From the NCBI GenBank assembly GCA_964561125.1, contig CAZLOQ010000012.1:41-64040 (forward strand): 64,000 bases of DNA, read 5' to 3'. The notes beneath the pieces are model-generated. The model did no database searches and had not been told where the DNA came from. It saw only the letters and a program-made list of their open reading frames with translations. Position 1 is the stretch's first letter. Each line of letters opens with the position of its first letter. Shown here piece by piece: positions 63,699 through 64,000 of the stretch. The DNA comes from an uncultured Chitinophaga sp. (GTDB lineage: Bacteria; Planctomycetota; Planctomycetia; Planctomycetales; Planctomycetaceae). A program made the translations under genes and the position numbers.

Positions 63699-63860
63699 AT
63701 GAAAAACACGACCTCGTTGAGCCGTCGTCAGATACTGCATTCGGCGGCCATTGGCTTTGGAGGATTGGCGCTGACAGACATCGTTCATGCCGCAACGAAC
63801 CTGTTTTACACGGGTGTCTTCACCGCAGTGCGGCCGTCGATGGGAGCGTGGATCAGCTAA
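63699..63860 (+). pseudogene. DUF1501 relic (internal deletion plus premature stop)
   Basis: MKNTTSLSRRQILHSAAIGFGGLALTDIVH is a DUF1501-type Tat leader. It joins directly to TGVFTAVRPSMGAWIS-stop-GLG, where intact members read RHPSMGSW.SYGLG. The conserved Tyr codon is therefore TAA, and about 170 aa between the leader and this motif are missing. Confidence 0.5.
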
Positions 63861-63866
63861 GGGGCT

Positions 63867-63878
63867 GGGGGGGGGGGG
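63867..63878. repeat. Homopolymer G12
   Basis: Twelve consecutive G, directly after the DUF1501 relic stop. The longest homopolymer I saw in the window. Confidence 0.9.
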
Positions 63879-64000
63879 ACAACGAGCTAAAGGCCCGCAA
63901 AAGCAACAGTTTGGCTGTGCGCAGTGGGGAGGGTGTCAGTCTACTTCACCCGCTTTGTTTCCCTCAGGAAATGAGACTCAACTGAGTTTCCTTCGGCGTC

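Noticed and set aside
61337-63709. 790-aa minus-strand ORF
   Set aside because: It mirrors the double BNR-propeller gene, whose nine Asp-boxes fix the plus strand as coding. This is the same GC3 artefact.
63941-64000. Possible 3' end of a minus-strand gene at the window edge (...DAEGNSVESHFLRETKRVK-stop)
   Set aside because: Only 19 codons are visible, so coding potential cannot be judged.

Overview
High-GC segment (about 58-60% by eye) that looks like a Planctomycetota chromosome. It carries that phylum's hallmark families: a DUF1559 protein with a prepilin-type N-terminus, a DUF1552 plus DUF1585/87/88/92/95 pair, a DUF1501 relic, several sulfatases, DUF1080, a multi-haem PA14 cytochrome and a CRTAC1/FG-GAP protein. 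I support about 45 CDS, one tRNA-Ser(CGA), several pseudogene fragments and one IS701-like transposase relic. I found no rRNA, CRISPR array, intact mobile element or recognisable defence genes.

Layout:
- 0-16 kb: mixed-strand metabolic, transport and signalling genes.
- 16.2-25.1 kb: all on the minus strand (radical SAM, lactonase, a 1116-aa BNR/CBM9-like protein, a GYF protein, DUF1080).
- 23.55-24.42 kb: an 870-bp gene-free gap, the longest in the window.
- 29.4-50.1 kb: an uninterrupted plus-strand block (rpsD, lepA, an exosortase-like/TPR pair, mtnA, ugd, and others) ending at tRNA-Ser.
- 50.4-64 kb: looks accessory and partly decayed.

Best candidates for something undescribed:
1. A DUF1592-type/DUF1552 operon extended by two tandem paralogues of a secreted family I cannot place.
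2. An exosortase-like membrane protein that seems to lack the catalytic residues, translationally coupled to a PrsT-like TPR protein.
3. A radical-SAM/lactonase/giant BNR-CBM9 operon convergent with an orphan sigma-54 activator.
4. A TIGR03546/TIGR03545-like envelope pair.
5. A strand-composition and gene-orientation switch at the 870-bp gap.

All family calls come from motifs read by eye. No searches were run. Many very long antisense ORFs in the track are GC3 artefacts.
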